Assembly (NCBI GenBank): GCA_964631325.1
Contig: CAZVWJ010000002.1
Coordinates: 5,848 to 69,847 of the forward strand
Length of the DNA stretch: 64,000 nucleotides
Direction of reading: 5' to 3'
DNA from: an uncultured bacterium
GTDB lineage: Bacteria; T1Sed10-126
Positions 17,430-27,880 of this stretch are shown one piece after another. Both the position numbers and the translations under genes were made by a program. Within the stretch, counting starts at the first letter, position 1, and every line of letters begins with the position of its first letter. The notes beneath the pieces were generated by a model. It was not told the origin of the DNA and did no database searches. It saw only the letters and a program-made list of their open reading frames with translations.

Positions 17430-19459
17430 GGAAGAAGATAGCCACCCGAAAAACGGTAAATTACGTCAAGGTAATGAAACGAATATTCAAATTTACGCCA
17501 GGCTCCACTTTCGAGAGCATTAAGGGGACTACGGTAAACGGTGGTATAGTGGTGCTGAAGAGTTCTGTTGTAATTCTGCCAGACCTGACCGGTGGAGAGA
17601 TTACTAAAGTTCATATAGAGGGTATTACCGTGAGATAAAAGAGGAGAGGAGGATGACATTTTACTGATTGAGGGATTAATTATTGTGAGAGGAAGACCGT
17701 TGTTTCTTAACCGCCTGGCCAACCGGTTAAACTGAGAGCCTTCGTTATCTATTCGAGTAGAGACAACAATAATCCCAGTCGGTCCTCGACGCCGAAAAGC
17801 TCCGTTAACAGTTCGATGTAAATAATTTCTCAATTGGACCGGGTCAAACTTTTTTCCTTTTTTATAAGGATGCATAGAATTAAGCCGGTTCCTTAGCTTA
17901 ATCTTTGAACCGGTCATTGGAGCTACCACGAAATTATTCTCTGAATAAACTTTCCAGATGGTTCCCTCAGTATCATCCGGGGCCCGGGTAATTAACTTTT
18001 CAATAAATGGCCGTATCTCATCCCACCGTTCCCGAGATTTAAAACAGTTGTCCACAAGAATAATCCAACCCGGCGTGTAATAGGAGCGGGTTTTACGAAG
18101 GTAACTTGGCAAAGCCTCAAATCCCTCCACTTTAATTCCCAGGTTATTATCGCTTAAATGCTGAAACCGACTGCTTCTCAGGGGATCTCTGAGCAAAAGG
18201 TTCATCCGAATAACCGGATAATCTTCGAACTGAGTTCTCCGAGATTGAACTAAAATATCGGGGGCGGCCGTCTTTTGGGGCCGATAAATCAAGATGTTGC
18301 TGTCTTTGAATCGAGAAATAATCAATCTATCCCCGCTGAACAGACAATCAGAAATATCCTCACCGGGAATAATTTCTCCCCGATCCCTAAGGTAAAGTGG
18401 TTTTTCCCCGGGAGTATATTTCATGAAACCATTTTCACCCCCGGCAAAAAGCTCTCCCTGTCTCCACCAGAGTTTCCGAATCCCCAGCCCCGGATCAACC
18501 TCAATCTCTCGCAACCGTTTACCGGCAGTATTTACTATAATAATCCTATTGTTATTAAGATCCAATAGCCAGAATTTTCCTGCAGGACTCAACGCCAAGT
18601 CATCAATTCGAACCAGCGGTGGAGGTTTCCAGACCCGGCCCAGCGTATCCCCACGGCTGGTCAACTGATAAATCTCATCGGACCCGTCATTAAAAACATA
18701 AACCTGTTGGTTTTGAGTGAACAATTCGTAGGGAGCATTTACACCGGCCCTGGCAAATGGAACTACCGCTCCCGTATCAGTAATCAGCCGAATTCGATCG
18801 CCACCGAATTCGGCTACCAAAAGTCCCTTCCCGGAAAGATAAGAGAGAGCAGCCGGTTTTTCAAAATTATACCACTGGTTTAGCAACTTCCCCTCTTCAC
18901 TATAATAAAGGACTTTATTCATTCGAAAAGAAGCGGTGTAAAACCCCCCCCCGGGATTATTCGTCAGGGCAATCGGGTTCACGTTTCTATTTTTGCCCAG
19001 GACCTTCCCCTTAATTCCACTAACAAAATTCCAGTTCTTCAGATCAGAAATTTGCGGGGGATTATAACTTAATTGATGCAAGTTCAAGACCCGTGAAAAC
19101 CACTTTTGTTTAGCTCCGGTAAGCATTTTTCCGGGGCGCCAGGTTTTTACAGCAGAGTCATTATAGCCAAGGGCGTAATAAACTTTTCCCAGCCAAAAAC
19201 GAGCCCTCATATAGGAGGTATCGGACTGTAAAGCCGCTTCGAACCGCCGGCGTGCAGTCTCCAGATCTCCGTCCCGATGATAGGCATTATAACCGAATTG
19301 GAATTGGGTAGAGGTATCGCCCCCCCGGAGAGGGGGAGTGTCAGGGGCTTCAGGGGAAGTATCCGCCGTTTGAGCCCACAGCGGGGTAGAAACAGCGAAG
19401 GTAGCTATAACAACAACTATGACAACAAGAAATGAAAGCTTTAAACTTTTTGAGCCCAT
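17426..19459 (-). CDS. Secreted hypothetical protein (signal peptide, TPR-like N-terminal region, beta-propeller-like middle, possible vWA-like C-terminus)
   Basis: 677 aa. N-terminal hydrophobic leader ending at the AQ cleavage site. No catalytic motif recognised. Confidence 0.45.
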   Translation of the reverse strand: MGSKSLKLSFLVVIVVVIATFAVSTPLWAQTADTSPEAPDTPPLRGGDTSTQFQFGYNAYHRDGDLETARRRFEAALQSDTSYMRARFWLGKVYYALGYNDSAVKTWRPGKMLTGAKQKWFSRVLNLHQLSYNPPQISDLKNWNFVSGIKGKVLGKNRNVNPIALTNNPGGGFYTASFRMNKVLYYSEEGKLLNQWYNFEKPAALSYLSGKGLLVAEFGGDRIRLITDTGAVVPFARAGVNAPYELFTQNQQVYVFNDGSDEIYQLTSRGDTLGRVWKPPPLVRIDDLALSPAGKFWLLDLNNNRIIIVNTAGKRLREIEVDPGLGIRKLWWRQGELFAGGENGFMKYTPGEKPLYLRDRGEIIPGEDISDCLFSGDRLIISRFKDSNILIYRPQKTAAPDILVQSRRTQFEDYPVIRMNLLLRDPLRSSRFQHLSDNNLGIKVEGFEALPSYLRKTRSYYTPGWIILVDNCFKSRERWDEIRPFIEKLITRAPDDTEGTIWKVYSENNFVVAPMTGSKIKLRNRLNSMHPYKKGKKFDPVQLRNYLHRTVNGAFRRRGPTGIIVVSTRIDNEGSQFNRLARRLRNNGLPLTIINPSISKMSSSSPLLSHGNTLYMNFSNLSTGQVWQNYNRTLQHHYTTVYRSPLNALESGAWRKFEYSFHYLDVIYRFSGGYLLP

Positions 19460-20202
19460 TTGGAATCAGGGTATCTTTCCTTGAGAAATTTATAGAATTT
19501 TTGGGCGCGGTCCGAATCATTCAAATACTGTTTACAAATATTGCCGGCTCCATACAAAACCTCCGGAGCTCGCCGGGATTCGGGAAATTTATCAATGAAC
19601 TTCCGGGCTATTTTAAGGGCCAGGTTAAATTCATCCACTCGCTGATAAAGTACATACAACCGGTAGTTTGCTTCCGCCCGGATCGACTGGCGGCTGGTTT
19701 GATTAACTATTTGCTGGAGCCCCACCACTACCCGATCAAACTTGCCGTCATTTAGCAATTCTCGAAGGCGGGTAAAATCAGGATCATCCGGGTTAACCTG
19801 CAGGTCCGAGCCAGATTGTGAGGTGCGGAGGGAAGCATTCCCAGAAGTGAGACGGTCCTTATTAAAATAAATCCAGGCAGCAGTCCCCCCCATACCCACA
19901 AGTAGACCTACCAGGGTTAATATTAAAAAAATTTGCCAGGAAAGGGGGGAAGAAGAACTATTGGAAGAGGAGCCAACTTCTTTAACCGTTTTCTTTTCTT
20001 CTGATGAGAAAGTCTCGGAAAAGGAATCATTCCGAGGCGGCAGATGTTCCCGACAGCGTCCGTGGTCTTTACTAATTGGCCATTTCTGACAGGGCCCACC
20101 CGAACCAGTGGGAACCCCACAAATTTCTCGGTCTAACTTTGACTCTATGGCTTCGATTTTCTCAATATATTCTTCGGGCCAATCGTCCCTGATTTTAGCC
20201 AA
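19441..20202 (-). CDS. Membrane-anchored TPR-like protein with N-terminal Cys cluster
   Basis: 253 aa. Cytoplasmic CGVPTGSGGPCQKW...HGRCREH Cys/His cluster, a single TM helix (IFLILTLVGLLVGMGG) and a periplasmic TPR/YbgF-like C-terminus. Confidence 0.45.
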   Translation of the reverse strand: MAKIRDDWPEEYIEKIEAIESKLDREICGVPTGSGGPCQKWPISKDHGRCREHLPPRNDSFSETFSSEEKKTVKEVGSSSNSSSSPLSWQIFLILTLVGLLVGMGGTAAWIYFNKDRLTSGNASLRTSQSGSDLQVNPDDPDFTRLRELLNDGKFDRVVVGLQQIVNQTSRQSIRAEANYRLYVLYQRVDEFNLALKIARKFIDKFPESRRAPEVLYGAGNICKQYLNDSDRAQKFYKFLKERYPDSKWAQKV

Positions 20203-20207
20203 AAAAA

Positions 20208-21950
20208 TCAGCCCTTTACTGTATTGGGGAGATCATCACCCATTAAATCACCAAAAGTAAATTCTCCGGAACCGCTCTCATTTTCCTCCATGTATTCCTG
20301 CATCTGTTTTTTTTCTTGCATCCGCCGATATTCTTTAATGCTGAGATCAATTTTTCGTTCATCCTCGTCAATATCAATTACCTTAACTTTAACGGTCTCC
20401 CCTTCATTCACTTCTTCGTGGGGATTCACCCTTTTCCCCTCAGCCATTTCACTCACGTGAACCAACCCCTCCAGGTCCTCGTTAATTTTAACAAAGGCCC
20501 CGAACTGCAGAATATTTGTAACCTCCCCTTCCACGACTGAGCCGACTGGATACTCCCGAGCTTTTTTCACCCATGGATTAGGTAACATCTGTTTTATCCC
20601 CAGTTCCACTCGCTGATTTTCAGAATCAAGCGTAAGAACCTTACACTTGATTTTCTGGCCAATTTCAAACTGTTCAAGTAAATCAAATTCCTCGTCTTCC
20701 CAGCGAATATTTGATTTTTTAATCCGACCTTTTACATTCTGAAGGAGCTGAACGTTGATAGTATCACGGGAAATATCCACTACCGGAGCAGCTAAAACAG
20801 TCCCTACCGGAAAACGTTTTTGAAGAATCTCCCAGGGGTTACTCATTGTTTGCTTGTGGCTGAGGACTACATGGCGTCGTTCAGAATCTATCGACAGAAT
20901 TTTAATTTCAAGTTTATCCCCGGCAGAATATTGTTCATTCGGATGATCCCAGGTTGTTGTCCAGGCAAGCTCATCTTCTTCTACTTTACCTTCCACGTCC
21001 CGTTCCAGACGAACGAAGACCCCATCACTCCAGACGTCAACTATTTCACCGGTGGTTACCTGGCCTTCGGAATACTTTTCCTCAATATTCTGCCATGGAT
21101 CGGGATATTTTTGTTTAAGGCCCAGAGAGACCTTGCCCTCTTCCGGGTCCATATCCAGCACTTTTACTTTGATACTTTCCCCGGTTTCTATATAGTCATT
21201 AACATCTCGAACGGCCCCCCAGGCAACATCGCTTTTGTGCAACAGCCCGTCGACGGGCCCAAGGTCAACGAAAGCACCAAAATTAACGATATTTTTAACC
21301 TTTCCTTCCACCCATTCTCCTTTTTCCAGAGTCTGAAAGAACTCCTCCTGTTCTTCCCGACGTTTTTCCTCCAGGTGCTTACGCCGAGAAACAACTACAT
21401 TTTCATCCTCACGACTGAATTCAAGGACTTTCATTTTAAAAGACCGATCAAGATATTTATCAAAATTTTTCTTCTTGGTGGTACTAAGATGAGAAAAAGG
21501 CATAAAAGCAGTCAGGTGATCGAAAAGTTTAACCAGAAATCCCCCTTTAATTTTCTTAAATATTTTGCCTTCCAGAAGTTCATCATTTTCAAAAGCCTCT
21601 TTTATTTTTCCCCAGGTTCGGTCCGCTATTGCTTCGCGCTCACTCAACAGCGGGCAACCCGCCTCATGTTCTTGTTCAATAATTTTTATCCATTTTTCGT
21701 CACCGGCAGAAATCCCCCCCTGCTGTAATTTATCGAATGGAAGAATTCCATCAGCCGGACCTCCAAAATCAACCAGAGCATGATCATCTTCTACCTGCAA
21801 TACTTCACCTCGATATATCTTTCCTTTCTTAATTTCAGCAATACTTACTTCCTCGGAATCATTCTCCTCTTCTTCCTCCGCTTCCGAGGGAGTTTCATAA
21901 TCAAAATCTTCTTCCTCGGGATCTAACATAGTTGGCTTAGGGTCAACCAT
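20208..21950 (-). CDS. rpsA: 30S ribosomal protein S1
   Basis: 580 aa with repeated S1 domains (GEVTNILQFGAFVKINEDLEGLVHVSEMA etc.). cmk-rpsA synteny is conserved. Confidence 0.9.
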   Translation of the reverse strand: MVDPKPTMLDPEEEDFDYETPSEAEEEEENDSEEVSIAEIKKGKIYRGEVLQVEDDHALVDFGGPADGILPFDKLQQGGISAGDEKWIKIIEQEHEAGCPLLSEREAIADRTWGKIKEAFENDELLEGKIFKKIKGGFLVKLFDHLTAFMPFSHLSTTKKKNFDKYLDRSFKMKVLEFSREDENVVVSRRKHLEEKRREEQEEFFQTLEKGEWVEGKVKNIVNFGAFVDLGPVDGLLHKSDVAWGAVRDVNDYIETGESIKVKVLDMDPEEGKVSLGLKQKYPDPWQNIEEKYSEGQVTTGEIVDVWSDGVFVRLERDVEGKVEEDELAWTTTWDHPNEQYSAGDKLEIKILSIDSERRHVVLSHKQTMSNPWEILQKRFPVGTVLAAPVVDISRDTINVQLLQNVKGRIKKSNIRWEDEEFDLLEQFEIGQKIKCKVLTLDSENQRVELGIKQMLPNPWVKKAREYPVGSVVEGEVTNILQFGAFVKINEDLEGLVHVSEMAEGKRVNPHEEVNEGETVKVKVIDIDEDERKIDLSIKEYRRMQEKKQMQEYMEENESGSGEFTFGDLMGDDLPNTVKG

Positions 21951-21993
21951 CCTGTTTGAAACCTCCTGAATAAATTATAACTCGATCGAACAT

Positions 21994-22638
21994 TTAATCT
22001 TTTAGTCTTAATACTGACTCACGAATATCATTAGCAACCTGCCGGTAATCCTCCCGGGTGGGATCTTCAGAATAAAATTCCTCATACTCTTTGTATTTTC
22101 CAAAAGTAACCGAGGTTTTAAACGGTCGGGGCCACCAGCTTTCCGGCGGCCAGGCAGAAAAAGCCCCATCAATATAGCCCGGAACAACTCCGACCTGAGA
22201 ATCCAGAACAATCTTACCAACCCCCGCTCGAAATCGCTGTAGACTACCATCTCTACTGCGTGTGCCTTCAGGAAAAAGAAAAAGAAGGTTCCCTTTTTCA
22301 ACCACTTCCGCCGCTCTTCTCATCGCCCTTCGATTAAAACCACCGCGCTTAACGGGAAAAGAATTATAAGCACGGATGAGAGAACCAAATAGAGGAATGT
22401 CATGCAGGGATTGCTTGGCCATATAGAAGACGGGGCGGGGCAAATCCACACCGATAAGAGGAGGGTCCAGAACACTCGTATGATTTGTAGCTATCACAGC
22501 TCCCTTATTTTTGGGTAAATTCTGAATTCCCCGGGTTTCATGCCGAAAATAAAGGCGAAATAAAAATCCAACTATAACCTGCGACAATCGATAATACCAT
22601 GTTCGCCGGGCAGAAACCGGAATTGAAATCTCAGTCAT
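21994..22638 (-). CDS. plsC: 1-acyl-sn-glycerol-3-phosphate acyltransferase
   Basis: NHTSVLD (HX4D) and FPEGTRS acyltransferase motifs. 214 aa. Confidence 0.8.
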   Translation of the reverse strand: MTEISIPVSARRTWYYRLSQVIVGFLFRLYFRHETRGIQNLPKNKGAVIATNHTSVLDPPLIGVDLPRPVFYMAKQSLHDIPLFGSLIRAYNSFPVKRGGFNRRAMRRAAEVVEKGNLLFLFPEGTRSRDGSLQRFRAGVGKIVLDSQVGVVPGYIDGAFSAWPPESWWPRPFKTSVTFGKYKEYEEFYSEDPTREDYRQVANDIRESVLRLKD

Positions 22639-22641
22639 AAC

Positions 22642-23310
22642 CTATTGGTTAATCACACTCAACATTTTTTCTATAACTTCATTAATAGAATAATCAGAAG
22701 TATCAATTATACAGGCATCTTCAGCGGGTTTTAACGGCCCGGAAGATCGTCCGCGATCAGTAGCGTCCCTGTCTTTTATTTCCTCCACTACAGACTCAAA
22801 ACTCACATTTTCGCTACTTTCTTGCAATTCATTATAACGACGGCGAGCTCGAATTTCAAGTGTGGCATCCAGATAAAATTTATATCTAGCTTCAGGAAAA
22901 ACCACCGTCCCGATATCCCGCCCATCCATAATCACTTCACCTACTTCCCCGAGTTCTCGCTGCTTTTCCACCAGCTCTTCCCGCACAGCCGGAAAGGCGG
23001 CCACCCGGCTAACTTTTTTATTAACCTTATTCTGACGGATATCCCGGCTGACGTCTTCCCCGTCCATGTAAACCTTTAACTGCTCATTTTTAAAGCTCAT
23101 GCTCATCCTTGTCGCCTGCAAGATTCTAACCAGGTTTTCTTCATTTTCAACATCTATCCCGTTATTCAGGGCCTTTAAACAAAGACAACGATACATAGCC
23201 CCGGTATCAATATAACCCCAGTCCATACGTCGAGCCAGTCCTTTGGCAACCGTACTTTTGCCACTCCCCGCCGGTCCGTCAATTGCAATAACTTCTTTTT
23301 TCTTATTCAT
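22642..23310 (-). CDS. cmk: Cytidylate kinase
   Basis: IAIDGPAGSGKSTVAKGLARRMDWGYIDTGAMYR P-loop region diagnostic for Cmk. Confidence 0.9.
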   Translation of the reverse strand: MNKKKEVIAIDGPAGSGKSTVAKGLARRMDWGYIDTGAMYRCLCLKALNNGIDVENEENLVRILQATRMSMSFKNEQLKVYMDGEDVSRDIRQNKVNKKVSRVAAFPAVREELVEKQRELGEVGEVIMDGRDIGTVVFPEARYKFYLDATLEIRARRRYNELQESSENVSFESVVEEIKDRDATDRGRSSGPLKPAEDACIIDTSDYSINEVIEKMLSVINQ

Positions 23311-24398
23311 ATGATACTGATTCCTTCCGCGTTTTCCCGCAAAAGTTTCTGTGCTTCCTTTAATTCGTCCCGGTTTCTAAAAGCAAGCCGGATGGTTCCC
23401 TTCTCGCCTTCCCGTACCCGAACCACTTCGATATCACAGATATTGATTGAGGCTTCACCCAGGATACCGGTAATCTCAGCCAGAATTCCCGGACTATCCG
23501 GAGCCTGAATTCTCAGCTCATACAGTGTTCCTAACAATCCCTTGGCCTTCTCCGGAATTTGATTTCTCAGTTCTCGGGCTTCGGCCAGCCATTCTGTCAG
23601 TGTCGACCACTGTTTCTCTTTTAACAACTTTTCTAATTTGTCAAAAATCAACTTAAACTCTTCAATACTCGTCAAAATTTCTTCTCGATTAGTACTAACA
23701 ATATCCCGCCAGAGATCCGGTTCACTGCCCGCAATCCTGGTTGTATCCCGAAACCCCCCCGCTGCCAGGGGAAGAACGTGTTCACGATAACGAGGAACCT
23801 CTTCAACGGCATGAATCAGGCCAGCCGCAGCAAGATGAGGCAAATGGCTAATATGGGCTGCTACTTTATCGTGTTTTGCAGGACCCATCTCAATAATATG
23901 CGCTCCTAAATTCTGCCAGAGAGTCCGGACCCTGTCGAGGGATTTATTTCCGGGTTCAACCGGTGTCAACACACAGAGAGCATTTTCAAATAACAACGGA
24001 TCAGCCGCTACCAGCCCATTTTTTTCTGAACCGGCCATAGGATGGGCCCCGATAAAATCTATATCCTCCGGCAATAATTCCACAGCTTTTTTGCAGATCC
24101 AATTTTTTGTAGAACCAACATCGGTTACATAATCAAATCCAGGCCGATTAGAAACAATTTTTTTAAGTACCGAAACCATTTTCGGGACCGGAACGGCAAG
24201 CAAAACCCCATCAACCGAGGCAGGCAAATCAGTGGGGGGGAATATATCCCTGACAATTCCCGCTTCACCGGCCCGGCTTCGGGTATCGGGATCCTGGTCC
24301 CAACCAGAAACAGCTATTTCTGAATCAGCCAGACCGTGGGCAACAGAACCACCGATCAAACCCAGACCGGCAATATAAAGGTGATGATCAAAACTCAC
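23307..24398 (-). CDS. tyrA: Prephenate/arogenate dehydrogenase with C-terminal ACT domain
   Basis: N-terminal Rossmann fold (LYIAGLGLIGGSVAHGL), the PDH core and a C-terminal ACT domain. Sits in an aromatic amino-acid gene cluster. Confidence 0.8.
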   Translation of the reverse strand: MSFDHHLYIAGLGLIGGSVAHGLADSEIAVSGWDQDPDTRSRAGEAGIVRDIFPPTDLPASVDGVLLAVPVPKMVSVLKKIVSNRPGFDYVTDVGSTKNWICKKAVELLPEDIDFIGAHPMAGSEKNGLVAADPLLFENALCVLTPVEPGNKSLDRVRTLWQNLGAHIIEMGPAKHDKVAAHISHLPHLAAAGLIHAVEEVPRYREHVLPLAAGGFRDTTRIAGSEPDLWRDIVSTNREEILTSIEEFKLIFDKLEKLLKEKQWSTLTEWLAEARELRNQIPEKAKGLLGTLYELRIQAPDSPGILAEITGILGEASINICDIEVVRVREGEKGTIRLAFRNRDELKEAQKLLRENAEGISII

Positions 24399-25545
24399 AA
24401 ATTTTATCCAGTGCCTCTAAAAATAATTCATTTTCCTCCGGTTTTCCCACAGTCACCCGGACGTATTCTTCAAGCCCGTAACCGGCCATCGAACGAACAA
24501 TTACTCCTTCGGGTAAAAGACTTTTAAATAGCTGATTACCAGTATAATCGCCCGGAGCTTTCATGAGGAAGAAGTTTGCTACCGGAGGAACAAATTCTAC
24601 GTTTCTCGCCTCCAGCTCAGTAAGAAGATTTTCTCTTTCCCGCTCAATCTTTTTCCGGGAAGAGACGAGAAATTCTTCTTGTTCCAGGGCTTTAACTGCC
24701 ACTGCCTGACCGGGCCGGGTAACATTAAAGGGTGGGCGGACCTTGTGGAGTTCCTCAGCCAGTTCCGGGGACATCAAGCCGTAGCCCACCCGCAAACCGG
24801 GGATGGCATATGCCTTAGAAAAAGTCCGAAGAACTACAACGCCGGCTCCACCGGTATCCTGATTCTTAAGTAACTCCACACCAGAGGGATAATCCGAAAG
24901 ATCCATCAATTCAAAATAGGCTTCATCCAGCAACAAAAGACAATGTTCGGGCAGAGCCCTGTAAAATTCGTTCAGACTCTCCCGATCCACATATCTGGAT
25001 GTCGGGTTATTAGGGTTGGGCAAACAGACCCACCGGGTGTGCGAAGTAACCTCAGCCAACATTTCTTCCAGGTTAAATTCAAAATCAGCGGTTAGCGGGA
25101 CTGTTACCGGAGTTGCTCCCATCATCATTGCGTCAAGCTGATAGATAGCAAAAGAGGGGTCTCCCATGAGGACTTCATGTTCCTCGCCCAGGGTGGCCTT
25201 AGCCAAACAGTCGAGAACTTCGTCGCTCCCCCCCCCCAGGACAATCCCCTCGGCCGGCCAGTCATACTTCTCCGAGAGGGCCCGACTGAGGTAAAAAGAG
25301 CCCCCGTCCGGATACCGATTCAGCCGTTCAAATTCTGCCTCATAGACTGAACGTAATTCCTCCGGCGGGGAATACGGATTTTCATTGGAAGCAAGTTTGA
25401 TTGGCGGCTCGGCCAAATTATATTGTACCTGAATTTCAGGAATTGGTTTCCCTGGTTCATAGGCCTGCATTCCCGAAAGTTCTTTTCGCACCCTATAAGG
25501 ATTACTCTCTTTCACTGAATGGTTCCTCCCGTGGATAAGATCCAA
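24388..25545 (-). CDS. hisC: Histidinol-phosphate / aromatic aminotransferase (class II PLP aminotransferase)
   Basis: ENPYSPP...TFSKAYAIPGLRVGYG PLP-lysine motif. Context between pheA and tyrA suggests an aromatic role. Confidence 0.75.
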   Translation of the reverse strand: MDLIHGRNHSVKESNPYRVRKELSGMQAYEPGKPIPEIQVQYNLAEPPIKLASNENPYSPPEELRSVYEAEFERLNRYPDGGSFYLSRALSEKYDWPAEGIVLGGGSDEVLDCLAKATLGEEHEVLMGDPSFAIYQLDAMMMGATPVTVPLTADFEFNLEEMLAEVTSHTRWVCLPNPNNPTSRYVDRESLNEFYRALPEHCLLLLDEAYFELMDLSDYPSGVELLKNQDTGGAGVVVLRTFSKAYAIPGLRVGYGLMSPELAEELHKVRPPFNVTRPGQAVAVKALEQEEFLVSSRKKIERERENLLTELEARNVEFVPPVANFFLMKAPGDYTGNQLFKSLLPEGVIVRSMAGYGLEEYVRVTVGKPEENELFLEALDKICEF

Positions 25546-26590
25546 GTATTTTAAAGAATGGCGACTGAGATTTTAATATATCCAGCAGAACCTGAATATT
25601 TTCTTCTTCCTGATGGCCGAGAAAATCAACAAAAAATATGTAATCCCAGGTTTTGCTTTTGGAGGGCCGCGATTCAATTTTAGTCATATTTATTTCCAAA
25701 CGGCCAAATGGCTCCAACATTTCATAAAGGGCCCCGGCTCTATCCTGAAGGGAAAAAGCTATAGTGGTCTTATCATCTCCGGTTGGAGCAGCAATTTTTC
25801 GGCCCAGTACCAGAAAGCGGGTATAATTATCAACCTGGTCCTCAATTCGAGCGGCCACCTGATTCAGACCATAAATTTCGCCGGCCACTGAACTGGCTAC
25901 TGCTCCACTTTCCGGCTGTTGAGTAGCCAGATCCGCCGCCCGGGCGGTACTACTCACCTCTTCAATTTTAACCTCCGGCAGGTTACGATCAATCCATTGA
26001 CGAGCTTGAGAAAAAGCCTGTTGATGGGAATAAAGTACTTCAATCCGATCCGTATTTTCCTGCTGAGTCAACAGACAGAGATCAATTGCCAGGTAACATT
26101 CACTGCTAATAGAAAGATTTGATTCAAGGAACCGGTCAAGAGTATGGCGAACCGCCCCTTCCTGGCTGTTTTCAATAGGAACTACTCCAAAATCGACTTC
26201 CTCCCGTTCAACGGCATCAAACACCTGGCTGACAGCCTCGTAGGGAATAAACTTGCTGGCCCGACCAAACCGATCCAGAGCAGCCGAATGAGTAAAAGTG
26301 GCTTCCGGTCCCAGGTAGGCAACATTCAGAGACTTTTCCAGATTTAAACAGGTAGAGATAATCTCATTATAAATGTGCCGCAAAGACTCGTCGGGAAAAT
26401 CTCCGGTATTTATTTCTTCCAGCCGGTCCAACAGCTCTTTTTCACGTTCAGGAACGTAAAGCCGCATATCCTGGTTTTTTTTATGTTCCCCTACTTTGTG
26501 AGCTACTCGGGCCCGTTTGTTTAGCAGGGAAACTATCTCTGAGTCAATGCTGTCTATTTCTTTTCTAAATTGTTCAAGATCCTCGCCCAT
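25502..26590 (-). CDS. pheA: Bifunctional chorismate mutase / prephenate dehydratase
   Basis: N-terminal CM_2 helix (LEQFRKEIDSIDSEIVSLLNKRARVAHKVGEHK), PDT domain (TRF...ESRP) and C-terminal ACT. Confidence 0.85.
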   Translation of the reverse strand: MGEDLEQFRKEIDSIDSEIVSLLNKRARVAHKVGEHKKNQDMRLYVPEREKELLDRLEEINTGDFPDESLRHIYNEIISTCLNLEKSLNVAYLGPEATFTHSAALDRFGRASKFIPYEAVSQVFDAVEREEVDFGVVPIENSQEGAVRHTLDRFLESNLSISSECYLAIDLCLLTQQENTDRIEVLYSHQQAFSQARQWIDRNLPEVKIEEVSSTARAADLATQQPESGAVASSVAGEIYGLNQVAARIEDQVDNYTRFLVLGRKIAAPTGDDKTTIAFSLQDRAGALYEMLEPFGRLEINMTKIESRPSKSKTWDYIFFVDFLGHQEEENIQVLLDILKSQSPFFKILGSYPREEPFSERE

Positions 26591-26591
26591 T

Positions 26592-27143
26592 TTATCTCTC
26601 CTCGGGCAACAATGTTTCTACTTCGTCCTCATCCGGTAGATCCGATAGACTGTTTAAACCAAAATAATCCAAAAATTTTGTAGTTGTCCCATAAACCATT
26701 GGACGTCCAATTTCCTCCCGCCGCCCTTTGATTTTGATAAAATCTTTTTCCAGGAGAGTGTTTAATACTGCCTGTGAATTAACTCCTCTTACAGATTCTA
26801 CTTCCGCCCGGGTCACCGGCTGGTAATAGGCCACAATTACCAGTGTTTCCAGGGCCGAATCCGAAAGTCGGGACAGAGTCTGGCGGCCGAAAAGTTTTTC
26901 CAACAGCGAATAATGCTTCTCACGGGTAGTCATTTTAAATCCACCGGAAACCTCGAGAAGCTTCATTCCTCTGTTTTCTGAGTCGTATTCTTCTTTTAAT
27001 TTAACCATAATCCGGCGAATTTTACTACCGTCAACAGGAATAATGTCAGAAAGCCGCGCAGCCCGCATAGGTTGATCGGAAACAAAAAGAGCTGCCTCAA
27101 CCACTGCCTTTACATCGTATTCGAACTCCTCTTCAGACATCAA
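26592..27143 (-). CDS. scpB: Segregation and condensation protein B
   Basis: VVEAALFVSDQP...LETLVIVAYYQPVTRAEVESVRGV winged-helix repeats. 183 aa. Confidence 0.85.
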   Translation of the reverse strand: MMSEEEFEYDVKAVVEAALFVSDQPMRAARLSDIIPVDGSKIRRIMVKLKEEYDSENRGMKLLEVSGGFKMTTREKHYSLLEKLFGRQTLSRLSDSALETLVIVAYYQPVTRAEVESVRGVNSQAVLNTLLEKDFIKIKGRREEIGRPMVYGTTTKFLDYFGLNSLSDLPDEDEVETLLPEER

Positions 27144-27166
27144 TCCGCCTGTCCTCTCTGACTAAT

Positions 27167-27880
27167 TCAGGTGTTGTTAATCACATAAATTTTATCATTT
27201 TCTACTTGTTTAACTATTCTTAAATCACCACTTTTAACCAGTTGAAGCAAAGAAACAAAAGTAACCACTATTTCTTCCCGGGTGGGAGACTGGCTAAGTA
27301 GCTCTTCGAACGGTTTTGGAGTTTCAGGAGTAATAAGCGAAATAATTTTCTCCATTTGTTCCTCCGTATCAAATTCGTCTGAAAATTGAAAATCAGGCAA
27401 CTCAGCCCCTTTTTGCCTGGTAACAATAACATCCTGAAAAGCTTTAATTAATTCAAAAAGAGTAACCTCTTTATAAACTGTCTCTCCTTTCCGGACAAAT
27501 TCAGGTAGATCAGGGGAGGTATCATAGAGCTTGGACCTTTGTTTGGCCCGGTTTCTCAGCTCTTCTCCAACCTGAACGAAAAATTCCTTCCCTTTTTCCT
27601 CGGCAGAATTGCTTTCTTCACCAAGTTCTTCTTCCTCAAGCTCTTTCCGGGGAAGTAATTCCCGAGTTTTTATCCGCATTAATTCGGAAAATATCAACAG
27701 AACCGTGGAAGTTTCTCCGACTTCCCAATTGTTTCTGTTTTCCAGATAATTCACAAAATCGCTAATTAACTCAGCCAGATTAACCTGGCTGAGTGCCACA
27801 TCACTACTGCGGGCAACGTCAAGTAAACCTTCCAGAGGTCCCTGATAATCCTGTTCATATACCTGGTAATCAAGTTCCAT
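27167..27880 (-). CDS. scpA: Segregation and condensation protein A
   Basis: YQGPLEGLLDV kleisin N-terminal motif, 237 aa, immediately upstream of scpB. Confidence 0.8.
   Translation of the reverse strand: MELDYQVYEQDYQGPLEGLLDVARSSDVALSQVNLAELISDFVNYLENRNNWEVGETSTVLLIFSELMRIKTRELLPRKELEEEELGEESNSAEEKGKEFFVQVGEELRNRAKQRSKLYDTSPDLPEFVRKGETVYKEVTLFELIKAFQDVIVTRQKGAELPDFQFSDEFDTEEQMEKIISLITPETPKPFEELLSQSPTREEIVVTFVSLLQLVKSGDLRIVKQVENDKIYVINNT

Noticed and set aside
20820-21728. 302-aa plus-strand ORF
   Set aside because: Antisense to rpsA, which has clear S1-domain repeats. Phe/Ile-rich artefact.
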